This document shows positions 38,341-49,114 of a DNA stretch of 64,000 nt, one piece after another. The position numbers were made by a program, and so were the translations under genes. Each line of letters opens with the position of its first letter. Positions within the stretch are counted from its first letter, which is position 1. The stretch is from contig NW_027138407.1 in the NCBI RefSeq assembly GCF_035084215.1, positions 992,001 through 1,056,000 of the forward strand, in the 5' to 3' direction. This DNA is from Heptranchias perlo. Lineage: Eukaryota. Under the pieces are notes generated by a model. The model was not told the origin of the DNA. It ran no database searches and worked only from the letters and a program-made list of their open reading frames with translations.

Positions 38341-39010
38341 ACGATTGGCTGGGTTCTCACAATTGACGCCATCCGTGCACCAATCACTGCTAGTCGTGGA
38401 ACGATTACTGCCGGATCTCTCCAAACTCGCTCCTTGCCCATTTGTGTCAATCTGTCTGTCTGTCTGTTTCGGTAGAACTCGGTCTCTTTCTCCGTCTCTT
38501 TCTCACTCCCTCCCCCTCTCTCTCATTGAATAGAAAAGTGAAACAAAATCTAACTGAATTTCAATCTCCGGTGTAATGGAATTCCCTCCACAGTCAATGG
38601 GCTCATATCATCGTCGTAGCCTCAAGACCAAGAGGGACATGATCAGCAGACACCCAGCACCGGGTGAGACAGCTTTTCAAAGATGTGAACGGACGGATCT
38701 GCATTAGATCCATGACTTTTACTTGTACATATTGATGCTGTTATTCATCTCAGAGATCTGCAGGTCTGTGCTAACAGGGGGCTGGAAATGTTTCATTTGG
38801 ACCCTGGATTAAAATGATTGAGAAATATTACTTATCGCAACACTGACAGCACTGACCTTAATGAGACAAAACCGCTCGTACTGTATTTTCCCATTATTTG
38901 CTGTACAAATCCCCTGTGATTCAATTGCTGATATATTCCTGGAGTCCACACTTGATGCCGACCTGTACTCTTTTTTACCAGAGGCCCGAGGGACCCTGAT
39001 TCCCTCTGGG

Positions 39011-39482
39011 TCTCAGGGCACAGTAATACACGGCGCTATCTGTGACCTTCAAGCCTATCATGGATAAATGAAAAGTGCCTTGTTTCCGCTTTAAATTCCC
39101 GCTGCAGTATCCACAGCCTAAAGACCTCTCCTTAATCCCATAACTATCGGCTCTGAGCAGATACTAAGGGTGCGCAGTGGGGATACTGGCGGCACCAGAA
39201 CAGGTTATAGCTTATAGCTGAATCCGATTCAGTGTAGCTGCAGGTTATTGCTGAATCTGCATTCTCTTCTGATCCGACTCCTTGATCTGAATGGGACACC
39301 GAGTCTCCGTTACACATCTCTTTCAATAATCAGCGGGTTAGACGGAGTACCAGAAAGAGGATAGTAACCCGGGGATGGAGATGGGAAATTGTTTGAGGAT
39401 CGGAGCATGTTGTAGGGAGATTCCGATTTCACCGACCTGTGAACAAGACAATAACCAGGGTCAGGCAGAGTTTCAGCTCCAT
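39011..39482 (-). pseudogene. TCR V pseudogene (inverted third copy of the 32353/33028 family)
   Basis: Leader MELKLCLTLVIVLFT|gt; GDSVSHSDQGVGSEENADSAITCSY...LFWCRQYP...DSAVYYCALR; frameshifts; decayed RSS. Confidence 0.82.
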
Positions 39483-40228
39483 GGTTCCAGTCGGCCCTTC
39501 AGAAACAAGAGGCTTTCTTCGCCGCCTTTACCTGGTCTGGAATGGGAGAAACTAAAACAGAGCGGGGATGTCATCAGATGTGCTGGGATTTCTTCTCGCC
39601 GCCCATTTGTATTTCTTCGAACAGTCACTTCCTTTAGATGGTGAACATGATTTTTAATAAGTGATCAGAGAGCGCCCTCCTGTGAACAGTACAAGCCTCA
39701 CACAGAGCAGTGGAAATATACACAAACAAATACAGACACACAGACAGACACACAAGGGAGCTGCCCGGGTCGTCGGTCCCGACAGACTGCGGGTGTTGTG
39801 TTGAGCGAGGAGAATCTCTGAGCAGATTGGATACCTAATCGGGAAAATCACAGGAGGTGTTGACCGGTCATCAACCCAACCGCCGAATGACAGATTGAAC
39901 CAAAGAAAAGGAAAGATGAAGCTCTACTGATCCCTGTGGAAACAGGCAGACTCATACATTTAACCCCTAGGGGGAAATATCACTCGGCAAATGAGATATT
40001 GTTATGGTGAGAAAACATTATTAACACAGAGGGCGGTGAGAATGTGGAATTCACTGCCAGGAAGTATTGGTGACTCAGACTGCATGAATTATTTTAAAGG
40101 GAAGTAGGAAAAGGACCTTGAAACAGGGTCCCTCTCTAGTGTCTGAGGGGCGGTCGGAAAGTGCAAACCTGATGGGTTTGGTCACCGTTTGCTGTGCTGT
40201 GAGATCCTAAGAATGTCTTCATTAAAGG

Positions 40229-40330
40229 GCTCCTGAACATTTACCTGAGGAAGGAGGAAGCCTCCGAAAGCTTGTAGATTTCAAATAAAAATTGTTGGAC
40301 TATAACTTGGTGTTGTAAAATTGTTTACCA
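40229..40330 (+). mobile_element. Penelope-like retroposon relic with hammerhead core and 11-bp TSD
   Basis: CTGAGGA-a-ggagg-aag-cctcc-GAAA-gctt; AATAAA; ttggactataacttggtgttgt; TSD ttcattaaagg at 40218-40228 and 40331-40341. Confidence 0.65.
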
Positions 40331-40669
40331 TTCATTAAAGGAGGCTGCAGTAAGACTAAGCTGCTCCAAGAAGATACAAGGACCATTTTTATCAATGAAT
40401 TTAGACACTTCTCACCAGGTCATCTTAAACCTGATTGTGAAGAATGAATGTTAGAACTCGTAGAAGTGGCCGGACTTTGTATGTTTTACCCAGGGACCAT
40501 AGAGTGACACAGAAAGAGCACGGAGAATCCGCTGCCCTGAGGACAGGTGAACTCACCAATTTAGCCCGAGTGATTTCTGGGAGGGTGATGTTATCTCCAC
40601 CCACCTTAGTTCAGCTGTTAATGACCGATTCTGTGTGTGAACTCCTGTACAATTTTCAAAGTGGTGCAG

Positions 40670-41750
40670 TGACAGAGTGACCTAGGGGTGTACGTACACA
40701 CACCTTTAAAGGTGGCAGGACAAGTTGAGAATACTTTTGAACAGGCATGCGCGATCCTTGGCTTTATAAATTGTGGCATAGGTTACAAAAGCAAGGAACT
40801 TAAGCTAAACCTTTGTGAAACACTGATTAGGCTGGAGTATTGTGTACAATTCTGGGGCCCCATACTTTAGGAAGATTGTCAAGGCGTTGGAGAGGATGCA
40901 GAGGAGATTTAATAGTTTGGTACCAGGGTTGCAGGTCTTCAGTTTTGTGGAGACTGGAGAAGGTGGGGTTGTTCTCTTTAGAACTCAGAAGGCTCAGGGG
41001 AGATTTGATAGAGGTGTTAAAACTCATGAAGGGTTTTGACAGAGTGAATGTGGAGAAATTATTTCCACTGAAAGGAGATAACTTGAAGACACAATTGTAA
41101 AATAATTGGCTGAAAAGCCAGGGGGAAGACGAAGAGAATTCTTCATACGTTGTTACGATCTGAAATTCATTGTGTAAAAGGGCGGTGGAAGCAGATTCAA
41201 TAGTAACTTTCAAAAGGAAATTGGATCTCAACTTTAAACGAAAAAAATGCAGGGCTCTGGGGAACGGGGCAAATTGTTAGAGCTGGCACAGGCCTCTGTC
41301 TGAGATTACCTAGACTAGGCTTGTATTCCCGAAAATATGGAAGGATAAGGTGTGGTTTGATGGAAGTTTTTAGGATTTTGAAAGAATTGATAGGGTAGAT
41401 AGGGAGAAACTTTTTCCCGAGGATGGGAAAGTCTAGATCAAGGGGGCATAGCCTCAAAATCAGAGCCAGGCCATTCAGGAAAGAAGTTGGGAAACATTTG
41501 TTCACACAAAGCTTAGTAGAAATGTGGAACTCTCTCCCTCAGAAAGCAGTAGCTGCTAACTCAATTAATAATTTTAAATCTGAAATCCTTAGAATTTTGC
41601 TAGCCAAGTGTATGAGGGATATGGAGCCAAGGTGGTTGAATGGATTTCGGATACAAATCAACCATGATCTCGTTGAATGACGGTACAAGCTAGAGGGGCT
41701 GAATGGCCTATTCCTATTCCTATGTTCTGTGCTGTATGATTCTATGATAA
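40670..41750 (+). mobile_element. Two adjacent CR1 3' fragments
   Basis: LFSLELRRLRGDLIEVLKLMKG and SRSRGHSLKIRARPFRKEVGKHLFTQ. Confidence 0.88.
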
Positions 41751-42062
41751 CCAGTTCCAGGCCAGCTGCAGGTGTGTGTATTCTCAGTGGGATTGGCGAT
41801 TTCCCTGAGATTCACAAATAAAACAGCACCAAATTCTTCCCTCACACAGTTAATGCAATAATCAGACGGAATCAGTATTCTATGTGAAAGGTTTCGTATG
41901 AGGTTGATGTGGTGTCCGCTCGGGGTCTGCGCGCACAGGAATGTATTCACGTGTCAATGATTGAGCCGCTGTAAAAAGAAACAGCCTGCACCAGACAGAG
42001 TCTGTGACCCAGAAACCTGCGGCAGTTAATGTACGAGGCATTAGTTCGTTCCCATCAACGTG

Positions 42063-43073
42063 AGACTCAGTGCACAGTAATACACCGCGGTGTCAGACAG
42101 CCGCAGGTCCGAGATGTTCAAACGGTACAACTTGTCTGACTGTCGGACTGCATCAGAAAACCGTTTTTTAGCGAAATCCGCCTGATATTCATTACCGCCG
42201 TACGTGTACCTCCGGACTGCAAACTCGGGCAGTCTGCCCGGGTATTGGCGGTACCAGAATAAGTAATAACCATCGTTGTTATAGGTGCAGGTTAAAGTGA
42301 CATCTTCACCCTCTGTCTGTGTGACCGAGGACTCCCTCTGGGTAACAGAAACTCCATCGCTCAGATCTGGAACACACGGTTAAAGAAGACAAAAATCAAA
42401 CATTAAACTTTCAAACTGAACTAAACTGACGGTGAAAATGCGGAGTGAGTTTTACATAGGATTACATAGAATTTACAACAGAGAAGCAGGCCATTCGGCC
42501 CAACTGGCCGATGCCGCTGTGTATGCTCCACACGAGCCTCCTTCCATCTTCATTTCACTATATCAGCATAACCTTTTGTTCCTATCTCCTCGTGCACTTA
42601 TGTGGCGTCCCCTTAAATGCATCCATGCTATTCGCTTTAATCACTCCATGGTCTTGCGAGTTCCACATTCTAACCACTCTCTGTGTAAAGGAGCTTCTCC
42701 TGAATTTCTTACTGGATTTATTAGTGACTATCTGATATTTATCACGCCTAATTTTAAATACTCCCATAAGGGGAAACATTGTCTCTACGTCTACTCTATC
42801 ATTTCCCTTCGTAATTTTAAAGACCTGTATTAGTTCACCCCTCTGCCTTCCCCTTTCTAAAGAAAAGAACTCCAGCCAGTTCAGTCTTTGCTGATAGTTA
42901 TAACCTTTTAGTTCTGGTAGTCCAAGTGAGGTCTAAGCAAGGTTCGATACAATTTAACATAACTTCTCTGCATTTCAAATCTTTTCCTCTAGCAATGAAC
43001 CCCTTTTAAAAGTTTTAACTTTCTTACCGAAAATGAATGTCACACACACCATAGTGAGAACAGAGAGCCGCAT
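42063..43073 (-). CDS. TRAV/TRDV: TCR alpha/delta V segment, apparently functional (leader 43028-43073, V exon 42063-42366); missed by the ORF track
   Basis: MRLSVLTMVCVTFIF|DLSDGVSVTQRESSVTQTEGEDVTLTCTYNNDGYYLFWYRQYPGRLPEFAVRRYTYGGNEYQADFAKKRFS...DTAVYYCALS; RSS CACGTTG-23-ACATTAACT at 42062-42024. Confidence 0.92.
42460..43005 (-). mobile_element. CR1 3' fragment in the leader intron of the V at 42063
   Basis: FTQRVVRMWNS... on minus; CR1 tail. Confidence 0.8.
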
Positions 43074-43251
43074 TGCTGCCGCTCCGGAATTCGAAGGACC
43101 TTTTGTGTCTCAGAAACCAACAGAACATCAAACGGAAAGAGATGAGATCGCCGGCTGGGATTGGTCTGATGTCATTTCCTTAACCACTGATATGTGTTTA
43201 TTTCAGAGAACGTCAGATCCTGCTGGGCAGAGGGCGAAAGACTCATCAAAA

Positions 43252-43365
43252 GAGAGAGTTTGATCTCTAATCGACCTAAGAGAGAGTTTGATCTCTAATT
43301 GATCTGAGAGACAGTTTGATCTCTAATTGTTCTGACAGACAGTTTGATCCCTAATTGATGTGAGG
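43252..43365. repeat. 4 x 28-bp tandem repeat in a V promoter region
   Basis: gagagagtttgatctctaattgatctga-like units. Confidence 0.85.
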
Positions 43366-44121
43366 GACGTCTCCTCAAAGTGACAAAAATAATGTTCGAA
43401 TATAGATGAAAATGTTCAGTTTATTTTACTCACTGTCACTAATCCGAGGTGATTGAAAGTGGTTCGGGTTTGATTAACTTTCTGCGGAAGTAGAAGATTT
43501 CCTGTAGTCTCTCTGTGTGTTAGCGACATGGCACACATAGCGGGAGATCTCCTCCGACCGCTAGATTAGTGTTTTCGTGAATGATTCTTTGAGAATGCGT
43601 TCACTGTGTCGCTAGAAATAGCGACCAGAGCAAATCTACTCCAGAGATTGGACACCTCGGTGTAGACACGAATGTTAGAGGAGAATGAACTTAATGCTCG
43701 CTGCGAGCTGTCACACACCGGCAGAAATGAAACAAACACTCAGCAAAGTGACGGGTTAGAGCCCGTTGAATAAAACCCCAAACCTCAGCAAAGCTGCAAA
43801 TTTTGTGTTGGTTTATGTGATGTAAAAAAGATGAAAAATGCAGTGAAGAGGGAAAACTTGAAATTGAACACACATTACACGTTGGCCCATTAAACGTGCG
43901 CGAGGTTTCTCCTGTTCATCCCTCACTGAAGAATGAATTAAATCTAAACTCGGACTCTTCAATTCAGACCTGATGGGAGCTGCCCTGTGGGGATATTGTG
44001 TGCTGACAGTAAATGTCCTGTTCGCGGCATCACAGGCGGGTAGTCCGGCCATACACACTGTTCGATTTACACACAGTGCTGCAGTTTTTGTACAGGACGG
44101 GCTCGGAGATGTGCAGCTGTG

Positions 44122-44565
44122 GGTCTCAGAGCGCAATAATACACAGCGCTGTCTGACAGCTCCGCCTCGGAAACTCTGAGATGAACCGTGCTCTCCTCTG
44201 TGTTCAGCTCTGCCGTAAAACGTTCCTTGGCGAAGTCTGCTGGGAACGTGTCATATTTGGCAATAAGCAACACGTTTATCGGCGCCCGACCGGGAAGATG
44301 CCGGTACCAGAAAATCCGAGGGTCTGCATCTGTTGTTTTAAAACTACAATTCAGCGTCACCGTTTCTCCTTCCAGCACCGTCCTGACCGAAGAGTCCTGA
44401 TGCACAGAATCGCCACCAACGCTGTCGGCTGGAAGAGAAATTGAACATTTACAAATATCCGCCCGACCAACCGAACCTATTCGTATTTTTTGTACTCGGG
44501 TTCCAAGTGTACTTACACAGCACAAACAGGGCCAAAAGCCCACTGAAATAAACAGGGAAACACAT
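44122..44565 (-). CDS. TRAV/TRDV: TCR alpha/delta V segment, apparently functional (leader 44517-44565, V exon 44122-44428)
   Basis: MCFPVYFSGLLALFVL|SDSVGGDSVHQDSSVRTVLEGETVTLNCSFKTTDADPRIFWYRH...DSAVYYCALR; RSS CACAGCT-23-ACAAAAACT at 44121-44083. Confidence 0.93.
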
Positions 44566-45399
44566 CACTGTCCGGGGGTCACAGTGTGAGCATTGGCCTC
44601 TTCGTTGCTAAGTAAAAATTGCCACGAGTAGCAGACCAGGCTGAACTCTTTAACCCTGTGACAGACATAGAAAGTGAAAATATAACTGCGTCACATCCGT
44701 TTGTGAAGATGTGACGCCATCAAGAGGAGGGTGAGGGGAGGATTGTTCTGGTCACAATTTGAGTGTAGCAACATCCCAAATGTTTCAATGGAGATTCCTC
44801 TGGTCGGTATTTCTAGCGAAATCGTATTCTCTTTCCTTTCAAAACAATGTAATTTCACAAAGAACGTACTCAAGATTCATTCAGAGAGACCAGAGGAAAT
44901 ATTGATGGATTACGATTCGCTGCACTCAGTGAACAGCGACGTTCTACCCCCTTTCCCTCGGTTATTTCGTTCATTGTATGTAGTAGTGTAACTTTACAGA
45001 GATGAGAGTAAGTTGCCCTTGGCTTACCAGGGAGAGTTAGTGATTCTTTTTTACAGGACAATTGAATGAGTTTGAGCAGGTTCAGCCCCTGTTTTCGAAC
45101 TGTAACCGGTCTTATGGTTATGATGATTCAGGGTCACTACCAAATGCATTCAGACCGCATGAACTCACCCAAGGAGATAAATAGTGACCGCGGCTCAAGG
45201 GAAAGACTCCCATCCCTTCGGCCTCAGCTGGTTCCGACCACAGAACCGAACACACAACGTCAAGTCCGCAGCGTCACCCAGTGGCTGATATCCTGCTACA
45301 CACGATAGGGCAGTGTGTGTCTCCATTCGATGTGGAAAAGGTTATTAATGTATTTTTACCGGTCTTCAATTTCTCTGAGAACTAAATTAAATACACCAT

Positions 45400-45970
45400 C
45401 TTAGCAATCGAGTGCCTTGGCCCGACCCCATCTGGACTATTGCGTTCAGTTCTGGACACCACACACCATGAAGGACATATCGGCCTTGGAGGGGGTGCAG
45501 CGTATATTCACCAGGATAATTCCGTGGCTAAGAGGGTTAAATTACGAGAACAGGTTGCCTAAATTTGGCTTGTATTCTCATCGGTTAGAAGATTGAGGGG
45601 TGAACTAATCGAGTTGTTTAAAATATTAAAAAGATCCGACAGGGTAGATGCGGAGAAACCATTTATTCTGGTGAGGGAATCAAGAACAAGGGGGCACAAT
45701 CTTAAAATTAGAGCTAGACCGTTCACAAGAGAAATCAGGAAGCACTTCTTCACACAAAGGTTAGTGGAAACCATGAAATCTCTCCCCAGAAGACTGTGGA
45801 TGCTAGGGTTCAAATGAATATTTAAAGACTGAGGTCGATAGAATTTTATTCGGGAAGGGTATTAAGGGATGTGGATCAAAGACGGGTAAATGGAGTTAAG
45901 ATACAGATCAGCTATGATCTGATTAAAAGGCGGAGCAAGCTCGAAGGTCTGAATGGCCTCCTCCTGTTCG
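45400..45970 (+). mobile_element. CR1 3' fragment
   Basis: RGELIELFKILK...SRTRGHNLKIRARPFTREIRKHFFTQR. Confidence 0.88.
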
Positions 45971-47204
45971 TATGTGCCAGAGAACAGCAACATCCCATTG
46001 CGGTTCTGAGCTACGTGTTAACGCGTGAAGCCAAGCCCGTGTTGCCACGAGTTGGCGCTGAGAACTTGTAAAATTAGGTGTCAGAAAACGGGCAATGAGA
46101 GTTTATATTTGTGAATCTATCGTAAGTGGAAAACTTCCTTTGGATATAAGGGTATGAAACGGTATTTCTAGGTAAATCGTAATTGCTTTTTTGAACAACT
46201 AAATTTCAGAAAGAACGCATTTAAGATCCATTTCGAGATGGAGACCACAAGAAACCTTGGTGCAGGGATTTACGATTCGCTGCACTCAGTGATTAGATGA
46301 TTTATTCCCAACATCCCTCAGTTATTTCGTTCGTCGCATGTAGCAGTACAATTTTACATAGAATGTACTGAGCAGCTCTTAGCGATTCCCGGGATATTTT
46401 CAACGCAGCAAATGGGACCGAGAGACTGCAGAAATTCGTTCCACAGAGCCACCAAGTGGGCAAATCCTAGAATGACACGGTGACTGTTCTCCTGGATCAA
46501 AGTTACCACTCGTGTCCCTTTAACTGTTCTTCTGAATTCATTCCATGGAATCACAGAGTTCTACTGCACAGAAGGAGGTGGTTCGGTCCATCTTGTCTTC
46601 GCCGATTCTATGAATGAGCCACCCAATTAGTCACACTACCCGCACTTTCCACATAGCTCTGCACTATTTTCCTGTTCTAGTAAGTATCTACTTCCCTTTT
46701 TGGAATTCCTTATTAGATAGGAAGGCTGTGTTCCATAAAAGATTTGTGATATTGTACAGAGAGATGATGCAGCTGACTGGTTCTCGGAAATGGTTCGTCC
46801 TGTTCTGTATGTAATTGCGCGCCTCTATGTGTTCGTCTCTATCTCTCAATAATGTATATATACACATATATGAGAGTTAATTATATAGAAAAGATGAATA
46901 AAAGAGAGCGTGAAGGAGGATGTAAAGCTACGCTGTAAAATTTGAAAATAATTGTAAATTGCCCAATTGTAGGTGTTCCTGGTGACCTCGCCTCACGCGA
47001 GCTGTTTAAAATACAATCAAAATTGCCGTTTGAGACCTGTTGTGAATTTTTTGTGCAACTGAACCTTAGCAGTTGATAAAGAGACGGACACCACTGGTTC
47101 GCTAACCTGACGAAAGCTCACCAAAGACCAGTTAACTGTTCCCATCCAGACCCCTATCAAGCTGTAAATACTCGCTGACGTTTTTGCTTTTAGATGACAC
47201 TTTG

Positions 47205-47508
47205 CCTAACAGCACAATAATAGTCACCCTCCCCCCACTCCCGCCATCCACACTCAAGTCATTTATATTGAGGTAAGCGTACTTTTCAGGCGCCTCAACA
47301 GCCTTCAAATATTGTCCTGAAATTTGGACTCCTTTCAGTGTTGCTACTTTGCTAATTATCCAGCTTGGGCGCTGTGCCATTTCCTGCCGATACTTTGTAT
47401 GAGAGAAATAAACGGGGTTGTGTAATCGCAATCTAACTCTACCGAACCCTCTGCTGACCACGGCTATTGTCACCGGAGTCTGAGTTACTCATTCTCTACA
47501 TAGTCGGC
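47205..47508 (-). pseudogene. TCR V pseudogene (paralog of 22119)
   Basis: KYAYLNINDLSVDGG...; frameshift; heptamer CAAAGTG, nonamer lost. Confidence 0.8.
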
Positions 47509-48485
47509 CTGTGAAGAAAGGGGAACAGAAGAACAGGAGGTTAAACAGGATCGATCTAAATTTGTCTAACTGTGTGTGTGTGCAAACTTTCATCCACCCA
47601 GCTGCTCATCATATGCATATTTTCACCGGTAATTGCACTAACTCCCTGCAAAAGCTCTTTGCATCAATCTGCTAACCTGTGTTGCTTAATACAATCCAAT
47701 ACTTACTGTCCAACACAGCCGCCAGTAATATTAGGAAAGTGTCTGAATGAATCCCTCACAGTGACAAGGTATGGAATGAGACGGAGATTGAGATGGAGAG
47801 CGGTCACCCGGGGACAGTTCAGCTCATTGTTCCACACTCGCACTGGAGGGGCTGGGCCCGATTTGGACGTTGCTCAGGAGTCGACCGCTCTTGGCTTTAT
47901 TGCTTGCATCACGTGACTTTAGATTTTCTTGCTTGAGTTTGGCGCCTTCTGGTGGCGGATTCTGTTAAATCCGATTTAGAATGAGGTCATTGAGTGGATT
48001 TAGGATTTATGGATCGTATATAAAAACACGTGTGCCAAGGTATTGTGACTCAACGATCTAGATTAGAGATGATTCAACCCGCTCGTTATTTCTGATGCTG
48101 TGTCATCTCTTCATTTCACTCCCACTTCATTGGTTTCGAATGACATGATCAGCTAGCAGGATCAGTTTGTAAACTAACCTCTCCAGACATAACCATTGCC
48201 CTTTCCGCTCCATCAGCTTCAAGTGCAGCTGAGCGGCGCTGCACACTTTTTACTGTTGCACAGAGACTTGAATTCGCGCAATTTTGAGACTGCGGCAGCC
48301 CCGCCCACATTCTCCTTTTGCTGCTCTTGCACTGAGCCGCCTTGATTGCCCTGTGTTATTGGAGAGATTGCTGTAGCTTTTTCGCATTCGTCAGGTCAGC
48401 AGTGCGGTGGGGTGGGGAGGGGATTTGCATTTCTGCTCCGACAGAGGATTTCCCGGACTGCAGAATTACAGACTTTGAGAGCATT

Positions 48486-48957
48486 ATGCAGAACCGTCTC
48501 ACATCGCTCTTCATCATTATATCACTTCTCAGTAAGTATTTCTTTCCCAGTAACAATTCCGCCCTCACCTCACTGCCGTAACCCAGATTTTATTGGCAAA
48601 GTAAAGATGATGATGGTGATAATAATGGTGACTATTACTATTAATTTCTGTTAGAATTGAGTCATCAAGATCAAGACACAGTGGAACAGTTGCATCCTGA
48701 AATGATGGTTGAAGAGGAAAGTAATGTCACATTAACCTGCACCTTGAAAACAAACGATCCTAACCCTTATGTGTTCTGGTACAGTCAGCACCTCGAGCAG
48801 CCTCCACAGTACATGCTTCGTGTTATCGGAGTGAGCAGGAACACCGACAGCACTGGTCGATTCTCTTCTACCTTTAATAAAACCAGCAGGATTACCGAGC
48901 TAACAATCGGTAAAGCCCTGATCTCTGATACCGCCGTATATTTCTGTGCCATGGACC
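48486..48957 (+). CDS. TRAV/TRDV: TCR alpha/delta V segment, apparently functional (leader 48486-48531, V exon 48655-48957)
   Basis: MQNRLTSLFIIISLL|KLSHQDQDTVEQLHPEMMVEEESNVTLTCTLKTNDPNPYVFWYSQ...DTAVYFCAMD; RSS CACACTG-24-ACAAAAACC at 48958-48997. Confidence 0.92.
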
Positions 48958-49114
48958 CACACTGCTGCAGAGATAGCGCGGATCCCGTACAAAAACCCAC
49001 ACTGAGGGTTGCAGTTAGTGCTCACCAGAGGGCGCTCCCACACCGATAAACAGAAGCAATAATTCAGTCTCCACAGTGAGAGTCACAGGGGACCTTCCGG
49101 AAAGGGCAACAAAA

